Shown piece after piece: positions 54,538 through 63,544 of a stretch of 64,000 nt of DNA (positions are counted from its first letter, which is position 1; each line of letters starts with the position of its first letter). The stretch is from contig OZ024746.1 of NCBI GenBank assembly GCA_964016885.1, positions 17,608,001 to 17,672,000 on the forward strand. The letters run 5' to 3'. The stretch comes from Eledone cirrhosa. Taxonomy: Eukaryota. Made by a program: the position numbers and the translations under genes. The notes beneath the pieces are model-generated. The model had not been told where the DNA came from, searched no databases, and was given only the letters and a program-made list of their open reading frames with translations.

Positions 54538-56730
54538 ATGAAGAAGAAGAAATACTTACAAGAATCACATCTTTGTCCTTGATATCCAGGGTTACAATAT
54601 TTTTTACAATGACCTGTCACGTGATCACATTCCTGATCAACACAATACTTACTGCAATTCTTCAAACAGCGGATGCCATATTTGTTGTTATTACAGGCTG
54701 GAAGAGGAGAAATACACAAACAGTTATGACAATAATTGTTTAGTAGTGTGGGCTTTGTTTTTTTTTTATCAAGACAATCATCATCATCAATATCAATGTT
54801 ACCATCATCATCATCAGAGAACCAAAAAGAATACCACAAAAGATTCTTTTGATTCAACGCTCTAACAGCTCTACCAATCCACTGTCCTCCTCCGATGACA
54901 GCGACGGCAGCGGTGGTGATGGTGATGGTGATGGTGATGATGATGATGATGATGATGGCGATGGGGATGATGATGATGGTGGTGGAGATGATGATGATGA
55001 TGATGTTAATGATGATGATGGTGATGGTGATGGTGGTGATGGTGATGTTAATGATGATGGTGATGATGATGATGGTGGTGGAGGTGGTGATGATGATGAT
55101 GGTGATGGTGATGATGATGGTGATGATGATGGTGGTGGAGGTGGTGATGACGATGATGATGTGATAATTAATCCCACTTACTTGAATTACAATAATGTCC
55201 TTGGTAACCAGCAACACATCCGCTAATACAACGTCCATTGATGTGATTACAGGTTTGGTAAAAACAGTTGGCACTGCATCTTCTAGTACACTGGTAGCCA
55301 AATGTATGACGGCTACACCCTGTCAAAAGGAGAAAGTTTGGTGAAAAATTTGGCAGGAAAGTCAATATAGATACCTAAGTATATATGTATGTATGGACCT
55401 GTAACTACTGATAGATTTGTAAGGGGTGCTGTAGTAATATATATAGCACATGTTAGACATTTTAAACATTGCAGGCCCTTTCTACTCCAGATTTTAACAT
55501 AGCTGAGAGTCTGAGAAAGATTTATGGAAGAATCAACCCTAGTGTTGGTATTTTTTTTATCAACATGAATGGATGGAAGGCAAAGCTGAGCTTAGTAAAG
55601 TGTCAATAGAAATATCACAAAGCATTCTATTCAATGTTCTAATGACTGTGTCAATTCACCACCTAGATTTCTTAGATTGCTAGGGTGTGTGTTTCAAGAT
55701 GTGATTCGGCTGCTGTTTCTTGTATGTCAAGTAACCACATAGAGATTCAATCCTGACATGGGTTCTTGGGACCATGTGGTGATGTTGATGTATAGGGAGC
55801 TTCATCTCATATCTCTGCTCAACAATCAACCATTACATTATGTCACATGTGTGAAGGTTTTATATATTTTCTAATTCTAATTTTTAGAAAATATTATTAA
55901 TAATAATTGTTTCTACTTTAGACACAAGGTCAGCAATTACCCAGTACATTACTGGTACTTTATTTTATCGACCTCGTAAGGATGAAAGGCAAAGTCAACC
56001 TCGGCGGGATTTGAACTCAGATCGTAAAGGGACGTAACTATGCTGGAAAGCATGGCGTCCGACGCTCTACCGATACTGCCATGATTTCTAATTTAGGCAC
56101 AAGATCAACAATTTGTTGAGAGGGGAGAGTTGATTACATCAACCCCAGTGATTGATACTTTATTTTATTGACCCAGAAGGCAAACTTGACCTCAGCGAGA
56201 TTTGAACTCAGATCATAAAGAGCTGTAAGTAAATGCTGCAATGCATTTTGTCTGATGCTCTAACAATTTTGCCAATCCACTGCCTTAATAATAATTGTTT
56301 CTAGTATAGGCACAAGGCCAGTAATTTTGGGAGGGGAAAGTCGATTAAATCGACCCCAGTATGTTACTGGTGCTTTATTTTGTCGACCCCGTAAGGATGA
56401 AAGGCAAAGTTAACCGTGGCAGGATTTGAACTCAGATCATAAGGGACGTAACTCTATGCTGCAAAGCATGGTGTCCGACTCTCTACCGATACTGCCAATC
56501 CAAATAATAATAATAAATAAGGACAATATATATGCATATATATATATCATTGTTTTTAAATTGACTTTTTCATGTTGGCATGAATTAGATGGGACTTTAT
56601 GAGGCAATGTTTTACAGACAGATACCCTCTTTGACATTAACCCTTTTAGTTGCTTCTATATGGATACAGTGTGTCTACAACACTGTTAGTAACTGCACTC
56701 CTTGTTATTGTTTTTGTTTTTTACTTTTCC

Positions 56731-56774
<44 letters not shown>

Positions 56775-59700
56775 GGAAGACCACGAAAAACATGGGCAGA
56801 GGTGGTGAGAACAGACCTCAGATCATTGAAGCTCACGGTGGAGATGATGAGGGACCGTGACGAGTGGAGAGATGCTGTGCTGAATAAGACCCGTCCCACC
56901 CTTGCAAGCAGGGAAAAGCGGACGTAAAATGATGATGATGATGATGATATGTATTGTGTGTGTGTGTGTGTGAAGGCGCATGGCTTAGTGGTTAGAGCAG
57001 TAGGCTTGCAATCGAAAGGTTGTGAGTTAAATTCTCAGACCGGGTGATGTGTTGTTTCCTTGAGCAAGACACTTTATTTCACGTTGTTCCAGTTTACTCA
57101 GCTGAAAATGAGTACCAGCAATAGCTGGAGGTTTAACCCTGCGATGGACTGGCGTCCTGTCCAGGAGGGAGTCTTGTACTCTCAGTCGCTTCTAGCCATG
57201 AAACCAGGATAAGCACCGGCCAAATGACCCTTCTGGTGTCATCGTATGGCTAAAACAGCACGTGCTGTGACCAGCAGCTCCGATTGGTGCCCGACAGACT
57301 GGTCAAAATGACAAACACAGAGATACAAAAACAATTAGTGTTATTAGGTTCACACTTTGGATGAAAGAGACAGAAAATAAGTTCAATGTATTGGATGAGA
57401 GTCCATCATCAAGTGAGTACAATAGTTCAGAGATTAGAAAATAAAAAAGAAATAGAAAAAAGGGAACACATTAGTGTGTCCCCTTTTTAATTATTTGTGT
57501 GTATCACCGTATATATTGGTGGAATGGTCTATACATTGTTCATGATGGTCTCTAAGTGTGTAAGCAGTCTTGTATTGTATAACTATTGACAGTTTCAGGG
57601 GGTTTGTTGTAAAAACAGTTAAATGAAACAAAGGTAAACACTTACTTGCCGTACAGTATTGACCCTTAAAACCAGGTAAACAACCTTTTGTACAATTACC
57701 AGTTTCATGATGACAGATTTGTTCAAGGCATGTCTCACTGCAGTTCTTATTACACCCACTGCCATATGTATGGCGGTAACAGACTAGAAACATATAGAAG
57801 AATAGAATTGTAAACAGAAATCTATATAACATTTATTACTATAAGAGGAAACTAACGTGGGGTGGGGTCTAAACGATACATCTACAGATAAAATAGAGCT
57901 CCAGATACAATACAGCTCCAGATATAATACAACTCCAGATACAATATATCTCCAGATATAATACAGCTCCAGATACAATACAGCTCCAGATACAATATAT
58001 CACCAGATACAATAGAGCTCCAGATACAATACAGCAGATACAATACAGCTCCAGATACAATAGAGCTCCAGATACAATACATCAGATACAATACAGCTCC
58101 AGATACAATATATCACCAGATACAATAGAGCTCCAGATACAATACAGCTCCAGATACAATAGAGCTCCAGATACAATACAGCTCCAGATACAATATATCA
58201 CCAGATACAATAGAGCTCCAGATACAATACAGCTCCAGATACAATATATCACCAGATACAATAGAGCTCCAGATATAATACATCTACAAATACATTTGAA
58301 CTCACCAGAAAGCCAGAACAAATACTGCAAATCATTCTATTTGATATTCTAACAACTCTGCCACCTCTACTTAGAAAACATAACCTACCTCTACTACATT
58401 GATCTCCGAGGTATCCTGGCCGACATCCGTTGGTACAATAACCAGTTACATGATGACACACACCATCTTGACAGCCGGAAGAACATGTTTCCTGGCAGTC
58501 TTGTCCATATTTTCCTTTGGAACATTCTATAAAAGAAATTTTTAAAAAAATTTATTTTATTTCAAATATTGCAAAAATACTTCATAATAGTTCATTTTTG
58601 TATAATTATCATTTTTAATTTATGCTCATTTTTTAAAAATTATTTTACTGGTTCCAGTCATTAGACTGTGGCCATGCTGGGTCACTCCCTTCTGTACTAG
58701 TTTCAGTCATTAGACAGTGCCCATGCTGGGGCAATATTTTCACATAGTCAATATTATTGGTTGTAGTACTTATTTTATCAAGGGACCTTGTCAATGAATG
58801 TCAGGTAGAAGGGCTTACATAGCTAAATACTTCTCCTGCAGTTGCCTCATGAGGAAGAGAGGCATCAGTGGTACCTCTGCCTGGCACAAAGCTGAACTGC
58901 ATCTCATCTAGGTTAACTTGATCCCTAATCAGTTGTGTTATAACTTACATAATCTGGTCCATCAATTTGATGCCCCTATAGTTTCCTCTATATAGTCCAT
59001 CTTGTAAGTGAATGTATGTGTGTCTGCATCTGTGTTTATGTTTTGTAACTCAGCAGTTCAACAAACACAGATCGATAAGATAAGTACCAGACTTAACTAC
59101 ATACTGGGTTCAAAATGATCAGTTTTATGGTGGCACTCCATAGTGGAATAATTGCTCATTTTTACAAGGTTATTTCAAACATTTCTAAGTTAATATCAAC
59201 TATTTTAATCAATATTTCACATATTTTACAAGTTTGTTTCAAACAATTTGACAGTTTTCTTTGGTACAAACAAATTACAGCTTCGATAATTCCTTGGTAC
59301 TAATTAGGTGCTCATTAATTCCTTGATACTAATTAGGGGTTCATTAATTACTTGGTACTAATTACTTGGTACATTTGCTACAAACAGGAGAAGAAAAAAT
59401 GTGTAAATTAATAGGGATAGATATGAGTATATATTTGATAGAAATATTTGATAAAAATTTATGGTATGAACATTTTTTAAGCCTGTTAGAGTTCACTCTC
59501 CAAGATGGAACCCAACAGATTTCTTCCAGAAAAGGAAAGAAAGTGAGAAACAGATATAGAGGAAGACTTCACTCCAGTACTTGACTGGTACTTTTTTTTA
59601 TTTATCTTATAAGGATGAAAAGCAAAGTTGACCTTGAAAAATTTATGTAGATATGTAAATATATTTGCTAGAAATAGCTGATAAGAATTAATACAGATAT

Positions 59701-60156
59701 GTAAATGTGTATGATATAAATATTTGATAAAAATTGATGTGGATAATTATGTGTATATTTTAAAATAAATATATAATTTATCAGACTTTTCCCCTGGAAA
59801 TAACATAACAATAAGAACAAGTGAATTACTTGTGTGACAGTTGTTGCCTTCCCAGCCATCAATACATCCACCAATACAATCTCCATTTGTGGAATTACAT
59901 TTGTTCCCTTTCTTGCAGTGACATTCTTTGCTGCAGTTATCAGAAAACCAACCAATATTGCAGTCTGAAAGATAACAAGGAATTGTGAGATTGATGATTA
60001 GATTAAAATAGTTTTAGTTGCTGCCAAACATGATAAATGATGTATATATGTAAATATATAGATATATAGATATATACAGGATATCCCCAAAAATGTATAC
60101 ATACTTCAACAGCATTCTAATAAAAATGTGTATAACTTTTTGGGGGACACCCTGTA

Positions 60157-60201
<45 letters not shown>

Positions 60202-60813
60202 ATACTTTGGGAGGGTCATGTTGCCAATAAGAAACACATGCACCAGTTGCTTTCAATTCAATTTATTATAATAAATTTATAATAAATTTATAATAAATTT
60301 ATAAATTTCTGGTTGGTTGGTTGGTTCCACAACCAGATAGTTGTTTATATATTGTCATAGTTCTTTCGTCACACACTCTGTGACCTCTTCAGTGACTGGG
60401 GATTCCTTTCTTTGTTTTTGTGCCTCTCCTTTGTTCTGTCCTACGCCATTTTGTTTCTGAGAAACAAAATGGCGTAGGCGTAGGACAGAACAAAGGAGAG
60501 GCACAAAAACAAAGAAAGGAATCCCCAGTCACTGAAGAGGTCACAGAGTGTGTGACGAAAGAACTATGACAATATATAAACAACTATCTGGTTGTGGAAC
60601 CAACCAACCAACCAGAAATTTATAAATTTATAAATTTATTATAAATTTATTATAATAAATTGAAGTGAAAGCAACTGGTGCGTGTGTTTCTTATTGGCAA
60701 CATGACCCTCCCAAAGTATAACAATATCGGTTTCAACACACGATTTCAGATAAAGAATCTTGGCTAAACAAATTCAGAAACGAAATATATATATATATGT
60801 GTGTGTGTGTGTA

Positions 60814-60898
<85 letters not shown>

Positions 60899-61694
60899 AT
60901 GTGTGTATATATATGTATATATATATATATGTAAACAAGTTTAAGTAAGTTGATATTAGAACCATATAAAAACAAAAAAAAAACGGAAGATTAACAAGGA
61001 TTTTAATTAAAGCATTTAATCTATTTATGACTGTTAGAATAATTCCTCAGAATCAATCAAATGCAAATAAATAAATACTTTACATGTTCCATAATTCCAG
61101 GGAGAGAAGAGTGAAAAACGTTAATACTTATCTTCAGTCAAAAAATATGGCGAAAGCGTCTATTTCTAATTACAAACTCGCTTGTGGTTTCAAAACAAAT
61201 ATATATATATATCATCATCATCGTTTAACGTCTATCTTCCATGCTAGCATGGGTTTAGATGGGAATTGTCCTTCATGAAGCAAGATTGGTCAGGTGACCA
61301 TGTCTCGCTCGTATAGGACTGTCTGGCAGGTTTTCTACGGCTGGATGCCCTTCCTAACACCAACCACGTTTACAGTGTGGACTGGGAGGTTTTTACCGTG
61401 GAAGTGAGTAAAATCGAAGTTGCGGCGTTCAGCCAGCATCCATGAAAAGACTATTTGGAAGCTTTGCATGAAGCACTCAATCGATAGGTTACATATCAGA
61501 GTAATAAACATACATTAAAAGGCATGACAAATTGAAAACTGTGGTTAAGGGGACAAAGCCACAGAAGCCACCACAACAACAAAAATATAATCAGGTTAAA
61601 TAACAAACCCTGACCGTATCAAAAGATATACAATATCCTCGATTGGTTTCTGTGAATCTTAAATCAACAATCCAACTTGTGCAATATGCAAGTC

Positions 61695-61728
<34 letters not shown>

Positions 61729-63010
61729 ACACATATATAGATAGATAGATTGATAGAGAGATGTAAAATGCATCTGGTCTACCCTGTCAGGTGGTAGTGG
61801 TGGTGCCTCGAGAAGACAGGTTGTCATATTCTGAGGCTAGACAGACAGGTCAGACGACTGTGTCTTGCTCATACACTCCATTTTGGTATGGTTTCTATGG
61901 CTTGATGCCCTTCTTAATGCCAACCACTTCATGCCATGTCCCAGGTTTATCTTTATAGTGCCACCACTACTACCTGACAAGGTGGACCAGGTGCATTTTA
62001 TATTTATTTATTAAGCTACCAATCTATCTATATCTATCTGTCAAGCTATCATTCTATATCTGTGCATCTATTAATCTATCTATATATATATATATATATA
62101 TCATATACATGTGTGTGTGTGTGTCTATGTTATATATATATATATTTGAATGCTATTGTTTATGTTTTTACCACTTTTCTCTCACTGGAATTCTAGAACA
62201 TTTAAGGTATTTATTTGTATTTGATCAATTTCAAATTGATATTTTTTTTCCCCATTTCTTAAATATGATTCTATTTGATTTCCTTGAACTGAGCATAGTC
62301 AACAATAAAACAAATAATAATAATAATAATAATGCTTTCTTTATTAACCACAAGGGTTTACATAAAGTAGACATTAAGGATAATACAGGACAATACAGGA
62401 CGGTACAAATGGGCATTTCTGCGTGTAAACCCCCCCTCCAAAACAGAGGATGTTGTAACAAAAAAGAAACAATGAAAAATTCCCCAATGCGGGGAGACTT
62501 GCGAGGGACATTCGTGGAAAAAGCCCATTAAAAAAAGCCACGGTGACCCTGACGACCAGGGCAAGTGCCCTCTCCCAGTTTTAATAATAATAATAATTGT
62601 TTCTTCTTTTGGCACAAGGCAGAGCAATTATCCAAGTTATCAACCCCGTAAGGATGAAAGGCAAAGTTAACTTCGGCGGGATTCGAACTCAGACCATAAA
62701 GGGCCGTAACTCTTTGCTGCAAAGCATGGCGTCCGACCCTCTACCGATACTGCCAATCCACCGCCCTAATAATAATATTAATAATAATAATAATAAATAT
62801 ATTTACCTCCACCAATTAACACTTCGCACAAATTCAGTTTCCGGTTATTTCCAGGTAAAACAATAAAAAGTCTGTTGCCATATTTCTTCAATGGGAAACT
62901 TATATCTACAATTCCATTGGGGTTAATTGGATGGGAGTTTTCATAGAGAAGTGTCCCATTAGATATATTTTTTCTGTCACTAGCATACACCTTAAAGTTC
63001 TGGAATAATT
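21469..63010 (-). CDS. Multi-exon gene, 5'-partial: receptor-type protein tyrosine phosphatase (lectin-like domain + 6 EGF-like modules + TM + PTP D1 + PTP D2)
   Basis: 25 GT-AG exons joined with consistent phases and no stop until TAA at 21469; motifs [41 protein letters not shown], then a second degenerate PTP domain. No clear single orthologue, so no symbol. Confidence 0.95.
21752..21992 (-). mobile_element. Helitron-like non-autonomous fragment
   Basis: Minus strand begins tctatatatataaaagc..., (TG)/(TCTG) tract, internal duplication aaatcggcctagtacttcaaaagtt. Confidence 0.45.
21995..22425 (-). mobile_element. Fold-back element family B with hammerhead motif
   Basis: Inverted arms ~22166-22289 and ~22301-22425 with an 11-nt spacer; unpaired tail to ~21995 with AATAAA on the minus strand; (TA)n flanks. 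Confidence 0.7.
22157..22209 (-). ncRNA. Minimal type-I hammerhead ribozyme motif
   Basis: Minus strand: CTGC-CTGAAGA-GGTcACAGC-caataata-GCTGTcACC-GAAA-TATATA-TA-GCAG; stem I CUGC/GCAG; palindromic stem III. Confidence 0.78.
22580..22697 (-). mobile_element. RTE LINE 3' end
   Basis: ttttacgtccgcttttccctgcttgcaag... same 3' terminus as 6221-6300. Confidence 0.75.
22803..23102 (-). mobile_element. SINE family 2 copy
   Basis: Near-identical to 5364-5690. Confidence 0.85.
23320..23460 (-). mobile_element. RTE-like LINE 3' fragment
   Basis: [17 protein letters not shown]...MRDRDCWRE. Confidence 0.6.
24650..26637. repeat. Minisatellite, 21 bp unit (~2 kb)
   Basis: ggtggtgca(c/t)ctattgtatgt; explains the GGAPIVC/YNRCTTT ORFs. 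Confidence 0.97.
27763..27950 (-). mobile_element. Young SINE family 1 copy with TSD
   Basis: Flanked by direct repeat gttaagagttaataat (27751 and 27951). Confidence 0.92.
28447..28718. repeat. Minisatellite, 21 bp unit
   Basis: agagtgtgtgtcacccagggt variants. Confidence 0.9.
28816..28951 (-). CDS. RPTP D2 exon 6
   Basis: [45 protein letters not shown]; 136 bp. Confidence 0.92.
29246..29705. repeat. Minisatellite, ~52 bp unit
   Basis: tatccagtttacaataggtatactgtatccctgtgtgttgtaatactgtgta, ~9 copies. Confidence 0.95.
29836..29996 (-). CDS. RPTP D2 exon 5
   Basis: [54 protein letters not shown]; 161 bp. Confidence 0.93.
30025..30240 (-). mobile_element. SINE family 1 copy abutting the D2 exon 5 acceptor
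   Basis: Family motifs; tail ends ~25 bp upstream of the acceptor at 29997. Confidence 0.8.
31052..31177 (-). CDS. RPTP D2 exon 4
   Basis: [42 protein letters not shown]; 126 bp. Confidence 0.9.
31504..31638 (-). CDS. RPTP D2 exon 3
   Basis: [45 protein letters not shown]; 135 bp. Confidence 0.93.
31757..31985 (-). mobile_element. RTE LINE 3' fragment (other subfamily)
   Basis: [16 protein letters not shown]...ARDRERWK. Confidence 0.75.
32286..32359 (-). CDS. RPTP D2 exon 2
   Basis: [24 protein letters not shown]; 74 bp. Confidence 0.92.
32455..33416. repeat. Minisatellite, 20 bp unit
   Basis: cctcagtggtaggtatgtta, ~48 copies. Confidence 0.97.
33459..33561 (-). CDS. RPTP D2 exon 1
   Basis: [34 protein letters not shown]; 103 bp, phase 0 to 1. 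Confidence 0.88.
34016..34171 (-). CDS. RPTP exon: end of D1 and linker
   Basis: [52 protein letters not shown]; 156 bp. Confidence 0.92.
34207..36080. repeat. Minisatellite, 45-47 bp unit (~1.9 kb)
   Basis: ttaaccctttcattaccatgtttctaatgaaagacactgtctatata, ~40 copies. Confidence 0.97.
36362..36497 (-). CDS. RPTP D1 exon (AGIGRSG, Q loop)
   Basis: [45 protein letters not shown]; 136 bp. Confidence 0.95.
36790..36941 (-). CDS. RPTP D1 exon (WSD loop, VHCS)
   Basis: [51 protein letters not shown]; 152 bp. Confidence 0.95.
38069..38188 (-). CDS. RPTP D1 exon (KCEKYWP)
   Basis: [40 protein letters not shown]; 120 bp. Confidence 0.95.
38650..39400 (-). mobile_element. Degenerate RTE reverse-transcriptase fragment
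   Basis: GKSTTDA...[11 protein letters not shown]...; [13 protein letters not shown] readable near 38950-38990; frameshifted. Confidence 0.85.
39468..39790. repeat. Tandem duplication, ~165 bp x2
   Basis: atttggtttgccaaatttggaggttgagtcgcgag...gcaatacggtc repeated. Confidence 0.9.
40233..40367 (-). CDS. RPTP D1 exon (YIASQGP/DFWQM)
   Basis: [45 protein letters not shown]; 135 bp. Confidence 0.95.
40425..40710 (+). mobile_element. Older tRNA-derived SINE
   Basis: gaaggtgtgtggcttagtggttaggg...gagttcaattcc...tccttgagcaagacact. Confidence 0.7.
41167..41240 (-). CDS. RPTP D1 exon (DYINANY)
   Basis: [24 protein letters not shown]; 74 bp. Confidence 0.95.
41793..41978 (-). mobile_element. Young SINE family 1 copy with TSD
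   Basis: TSD aaatatgataataat. Confidence 0.9.
42146..42233 (-). CDS. RPTP D1 exon (KNRY motif)
   Basis: [29 protein letters not shown]; 88 bp. Confidence 0.95.
42900..43057 (-). CDS. RPTP exon: pre-D1 / wedge region
   Basis: [52 protein letters not shown]; caccag/gtaaat; phase 1 to 0. Confidence 0.9.
43193..43383 (-). mobile_element. SINE family 1 copy
   Basis: Full-length family motifs. Confidence 0.88.
43695..44006. repeat. Diverged fold-back element (family D)
   Basis: Inverted arms ~43695-43850 and ~43864-44006, e.g. ggattggctcaaggtcacccatagaag / cttctatgggtgaccttgagccaatc; CTGA(A/G)GA...GAAA remnants. Confidence 0.7.
45227..45304 (-). CDS. RPTP exon: juxtamembrane 2 (candidate)
   Basis: atacag|..[25 protein letters not shown]|gtatct; 78 bp, phase 1-1. 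Confidence 0.55.
45538..45733. repeat. Near-perfect palindrome (family E)
   Basis: ~96-bp arms around ~45635; the left flank recurs in reverse at ~61130-61198. Confidence 0.8.
47057..47119 (-). CDS. RPTP candidate optional juxtamembrane exon
   Basis: Long pyrimidine tract, ttatag|..[20 protein letters not shown]|gtatgg; 63 bp, phase 1-1, open frame; no homology support. Confidence 0.5.
   Translation of the reverse strand, partial: RPCNLHQTMVYVYNLELWRF
48303..48436 (-). CDS. RPTP exon: juxtamembrane 1
   Basis: ctgcag|[44 protein letters not shown]|gtcatt; phase 2 to 1 fits the neighbours; donor is weak. Confidence 0.7.
49060..49572 (-). mobile_element. Two SINE family 1 copies
   Basis: Family motifs at ~49060-49290 and ~49390-49572. 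Confidence 0.8.
49647..50240 (-). mobile_element. RTE-clade LINE 3' fragment
   Basis: FCYLG...LHGSETW...[12 protein letters not shown]...GRGRPRKTW. Confidence 0.92.
51241..51343 (-). CDS. RPTP exon: transmembrane segment
   Basis: [34 protein letters not shown]; tttcag/gtacaa; phase 1 to 2. Confidence 0.85.
51519..51698 (-). mobile_element. Young SINE family 1 copy with TSD
   Basis: TSD tttcaattaattaat. Confidence 0.9.
52080..52217 (-). CDS. RPTP exon: EGF-like module 6
   Basis: [45 protein letters not shown]; tcacag/gtaaga; 138 bp; not in the ORF track. Confidence 0.92.
52428..52776 (+). mobile_element. Two plus-orientation SINE family 1 copies (second internally deleted)
   Basis: Second copy bounded by the direct repeat attattttttgtaagaacg. 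Confidence 0.85.
52815..53262 (-). mobile_element. Two degenerate SINE family 1 copies
   Basis: Family motifs. Confidence 0.7.
54560..54697 (-). CDS. RPTP exon: EGF-like module 5
   Basis: [45 protein letters not shown]; ttccag/gtaagt; 138 bp. Confidence 0.92.
54893..55165. repeat. (GAT/GGT)n microsatellite
   Basis: Intronic, between EGF exons 4 and 5. Confidence 0.95.
55182..55319 (-). CDS. RPTP exon: EGF-like module 4
   Basis: [45 protein letters not shown]; tgacag/gtaagt; 138 bp. Confidence 0.92.
55905..56501 (-). mobile_element. Three head-to-tail SINE family 1 copies
   Basis: Copies at ~55905, 56083 and 56292. Confidence 0.88.
56773..56945 (+). mobile_element. RTE LINE 3' end
   Basis: [26 protein letters not shown]; (ATG)n tail; same family as 6205-6650. 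Confidence 0.85.
56972..57230 (+). mobile_element. SINE family 2-related copy with a different 3' half
   Basis: Same tRNA-like head and ccttgagcaagacact core, then ccctgcgatggactggcgtcctgtccagg. Confidence 0.75.
57646..57783 (-). CDS. RPTP exon: EGF-like module 3
   Basis: [45 protein letters not shown]; ttctag/gtaagt; 138 bp. Confidence 0.92.
57895..58280. repeat. Minisatellite, 17-19 bp unit
   Basis: agctccagatacaata(c/g). Confidence 0.93.
58389..58526 (-). CDS. RPTP exon: EGF-like module 2
   Basis: [45 protein letters not shown]; ttatag/gtaggt; 138 bp. Confidence 0.92.
58840..59000 (-). mobile_element. Degenerate RTE RT fragment
   Basis: Similar to 39200-39390; minus strand reads ...[16 protein letters not shown]...QEK. 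Confidence 0.55.
59830..59964 (-). CDS. RPTP exon: EGF-like module 1
   Basis: [45 protein letters not shown]; tttcag/gtaatt; 135 bp, phase 1-1. Confidence 0.92.
60075..60156. mobile_element. Very short Tc1/mariner-like MITE
   Basis: tacaggatatccccaaaaa...tttttgggggacaccctgta. Confidence 0.6.
60354..60396 (-). ncRNA. Minimal hammerhead ribozyme motif (sense to RPTP pre-mRNA)
   Basis: Mirror of 60528-60570. Confidence 0.68.
60528..60570 (+). ncRNA. Minimal hammerhead ribozyme motif
   Basis: GTCA-CTGAAGA-g-GTCACA-gagtg-TGTGAC-GAAA-GAAC-TA-TGAC. Confidence 0.68.
62595..62766 (-). mobile_element. SINE family 1 copy
   Basis: Family motifs; 40 bp from the exon donor at 62806. Confidence 0.85.
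62807..63010 (-). CDS. RPTP exon: C-terminal part of fucolectin/galactose-binding-like domain
   Basis: ttccag|..[11 protein letters not shown]...[22 protein letters not shown]|gtaaat; the LxLCEV motif ends F-type lectin-like folds; 204 bp, phase 1-1. Confidence 0.8.
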
Positions 63011-63496
63011 CTGGAAAAAATTAAAATTTTAAGTAAATTGTATTATTATATTACATAAAATAATTTTCTTTTTTTGAATTAATTTTAACAAAGGTATTTG
63101 AGATCACAGCTTCAATATTATGTGACATATACCATACTTCTTAGAGTATGATATGGATTAGTATCAGAGAGGGCATTTGGCCATAGAATAGGGAAGTAAA
63201 TATGATAAGAATGTTGATGATGTATGTGTGTGTTTATATATTTATATACACATGCATATATACATATATATGTAATTATATAAATGCACCCAGTCCACCC
63301 TGTAAAGTGGTAAGCATTACAAACAGTATCCAGTCGTAGAAACCAAACAAAAAAACAACATATCAGCAGGATGTGGTCACTTGACTAGTCTGGTTTCATA
63401 ACATGACAGCCTGTCTTACCCATCAAATATGGAAAATAGACATTAAGTGGTGATGATGATGATACATACATAAGTATAAATATATATATAAACATA

Positions 63497-63528
<32 letters not shown>

Positions 63529-63544
63529 CGTAGTTTAGAAAGCC

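Larger units (their letters stand above)
60194..60785. mobile_element. Fold-back element family A, copy 2 (intronic, opposite orientation)
   Basis: Same sequence family as 6683-7387; palindrome centred ~60459 with a shorter centre; ~58-bp extension on the right; flanked by (TA)n. Confidence 0.75.

Noticed and set aside
54498-55301. 267-aa ORF with hydrophobic poly-Ile stretch
   Set aside because: Read-through of an intronic (ATC)n tract; only 54560-54697 is in the true coding frame
56972-57045. tRNA gene
   Set aside because: A/B-box head continues into a SINE body; no complete cloverleaf
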